DNA of 64,000 bases from the NCBI RefSeq assembly GCF_000143415.4, contig NW_003314271.1:2609729-2673728 (forward strand), written 5' to 3'. Shown piece by piece: positions 63,066 through 64,000 of the stretch; within the stretch, counting starts at the first letter, position 1; every line of letters begins with the position of its first letter. The notes beneath the pieces are model-generated. The model was not told where the DNA came from and did not search any database. It worked only from the letters and a program-made list of their open reading frames with translations. A program made the translations under genes and the position numbers. The DNA comes from Selaginella moellendorffii (lineage: Eukaryota; Plantae; Lycopodiophyta).

Positions 63066-64000
63066 CCAAATATTTTTTATGATCTAGAGCTACCTGCTAA
63101 AGAAATGAAAACAACATGAGCAAAGAGCAAGCTTTTTTTTTTCTTTCAAAACCTGAAGCTCGGGCTGTCTAGCTTGAAGGAAAGCTCTCTGGCTGCTGCC
63201 ACCATATCGACATGGCCATAGTGAGGAGTTTACAATGAGATTTCACCCCTCGCTGTGTCAGACAAATGACCCAACCTGCACAGAGTACCAAACTTGTAGG
63301 AAATGAGTACTACTTACATGAACAACCCCTGAAAATCAGTGTTGGCAAGGATGCATTCATGTCCCAGGCCATCTATGAGAAGATCCTCTGGTGTTTCAAT
63401 CCCACAAATAGCAACTACAACCAAAGAACCAACTTGAGTTCCTTCAACTCAATCATGAAGTAGATTGTCTCTTAATTTCTCTGAGTGACCAAGGTAGCTT
63501 GCAGGGAGACTTGTGATGCTACAAATATTAAACTTGGTGAATCAATCCTTTTAAGAGTGCCTTGGCTGGGAATTGAGTAGCATGTGCATGGCCTTGCCAC
63601 CAGTTTTCACCATCTATGCTTGGGTTACTACAAGCAAAAGCTTTGTTAGCTTCCTCTCAGAGATGAAAGAAAAACTCAAGCTACCTTCTGTAGTTCCATA
63701 GAGAAAAAGGACAAACAACATGTCATACATAAAAAAATAAAAAAGTTAGGATGATAAATTTAAATGATGATATTAAAAAATTTAAAAACTTTCACAATAA
63801 TCTTAATAAATTCAAATAATACAGATTTTTAATTACTGATAATGTAGCTACTGAATAGTTATATTACTATTACAGTAATACTAATGACATGCTTTGGAAA
63901 TTGGGATTAGAGCAGTAACAAAACAAAATGCAATTTTGTTGTGCATGATGACATTTTCACACTTCTATGATAATGCAGGTTTACTTCTTCTTTTAAGCAA

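Overview
Eukaryotic nuclear DNA from a compact land-plant genome. The very short introns (about 50-100 nt), high gene density and PLS-class PPR style suggest a Selaginella-type lycophyte; this is inference, not verified. The window alternates between GC-balanced gene blocks (~4.3-10.4 kb and ~21.5-54.8 kb) and AT-rich, CpG-poor blocks of decayed repeats (~1-4.2 kb, ~10.5-21.5 kb, ~55.6-64 kb). Spliced genes I could reconstruct by hand: PARTING DANCERS, a CYP72-clan P450, a DUF1749 hydrolase, LNK, a Rossmann/CIA30 protein, LplA, NDUFB8, a pectate-lyase fusion, ICP55, HLS1-like, cytochrome b5, a SWSAP1-like ATPase and GPN2/QQT1 (with a U12 AT-AC intron). Intronless genes include a PPR gene, a germin-like gene and tRNA-Cys. 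Repeats include Ty3/gypsy remnants and two TRIM families, one copy intact with target-site duplication. Best leads: (1) a secreted PMEI-like domain fused to a PL1 lyase that has lost two Ca2+-binding Asp residues; (2) an almost purely C>T/G>A, RIP-like decay of repeats, seen by comparing young and old TRIM copies; (3) an intronless Uma2-like/Crinkler-type nuclease-fold gene resembling Glomeromycota proteins; (4) an intact, very AT-rich secreted gene (unknown domain plus B-lectin) surviving inside the decayed zone. All family calls come from recalled motifs, not database searches, and exon boundaries were placed manually.
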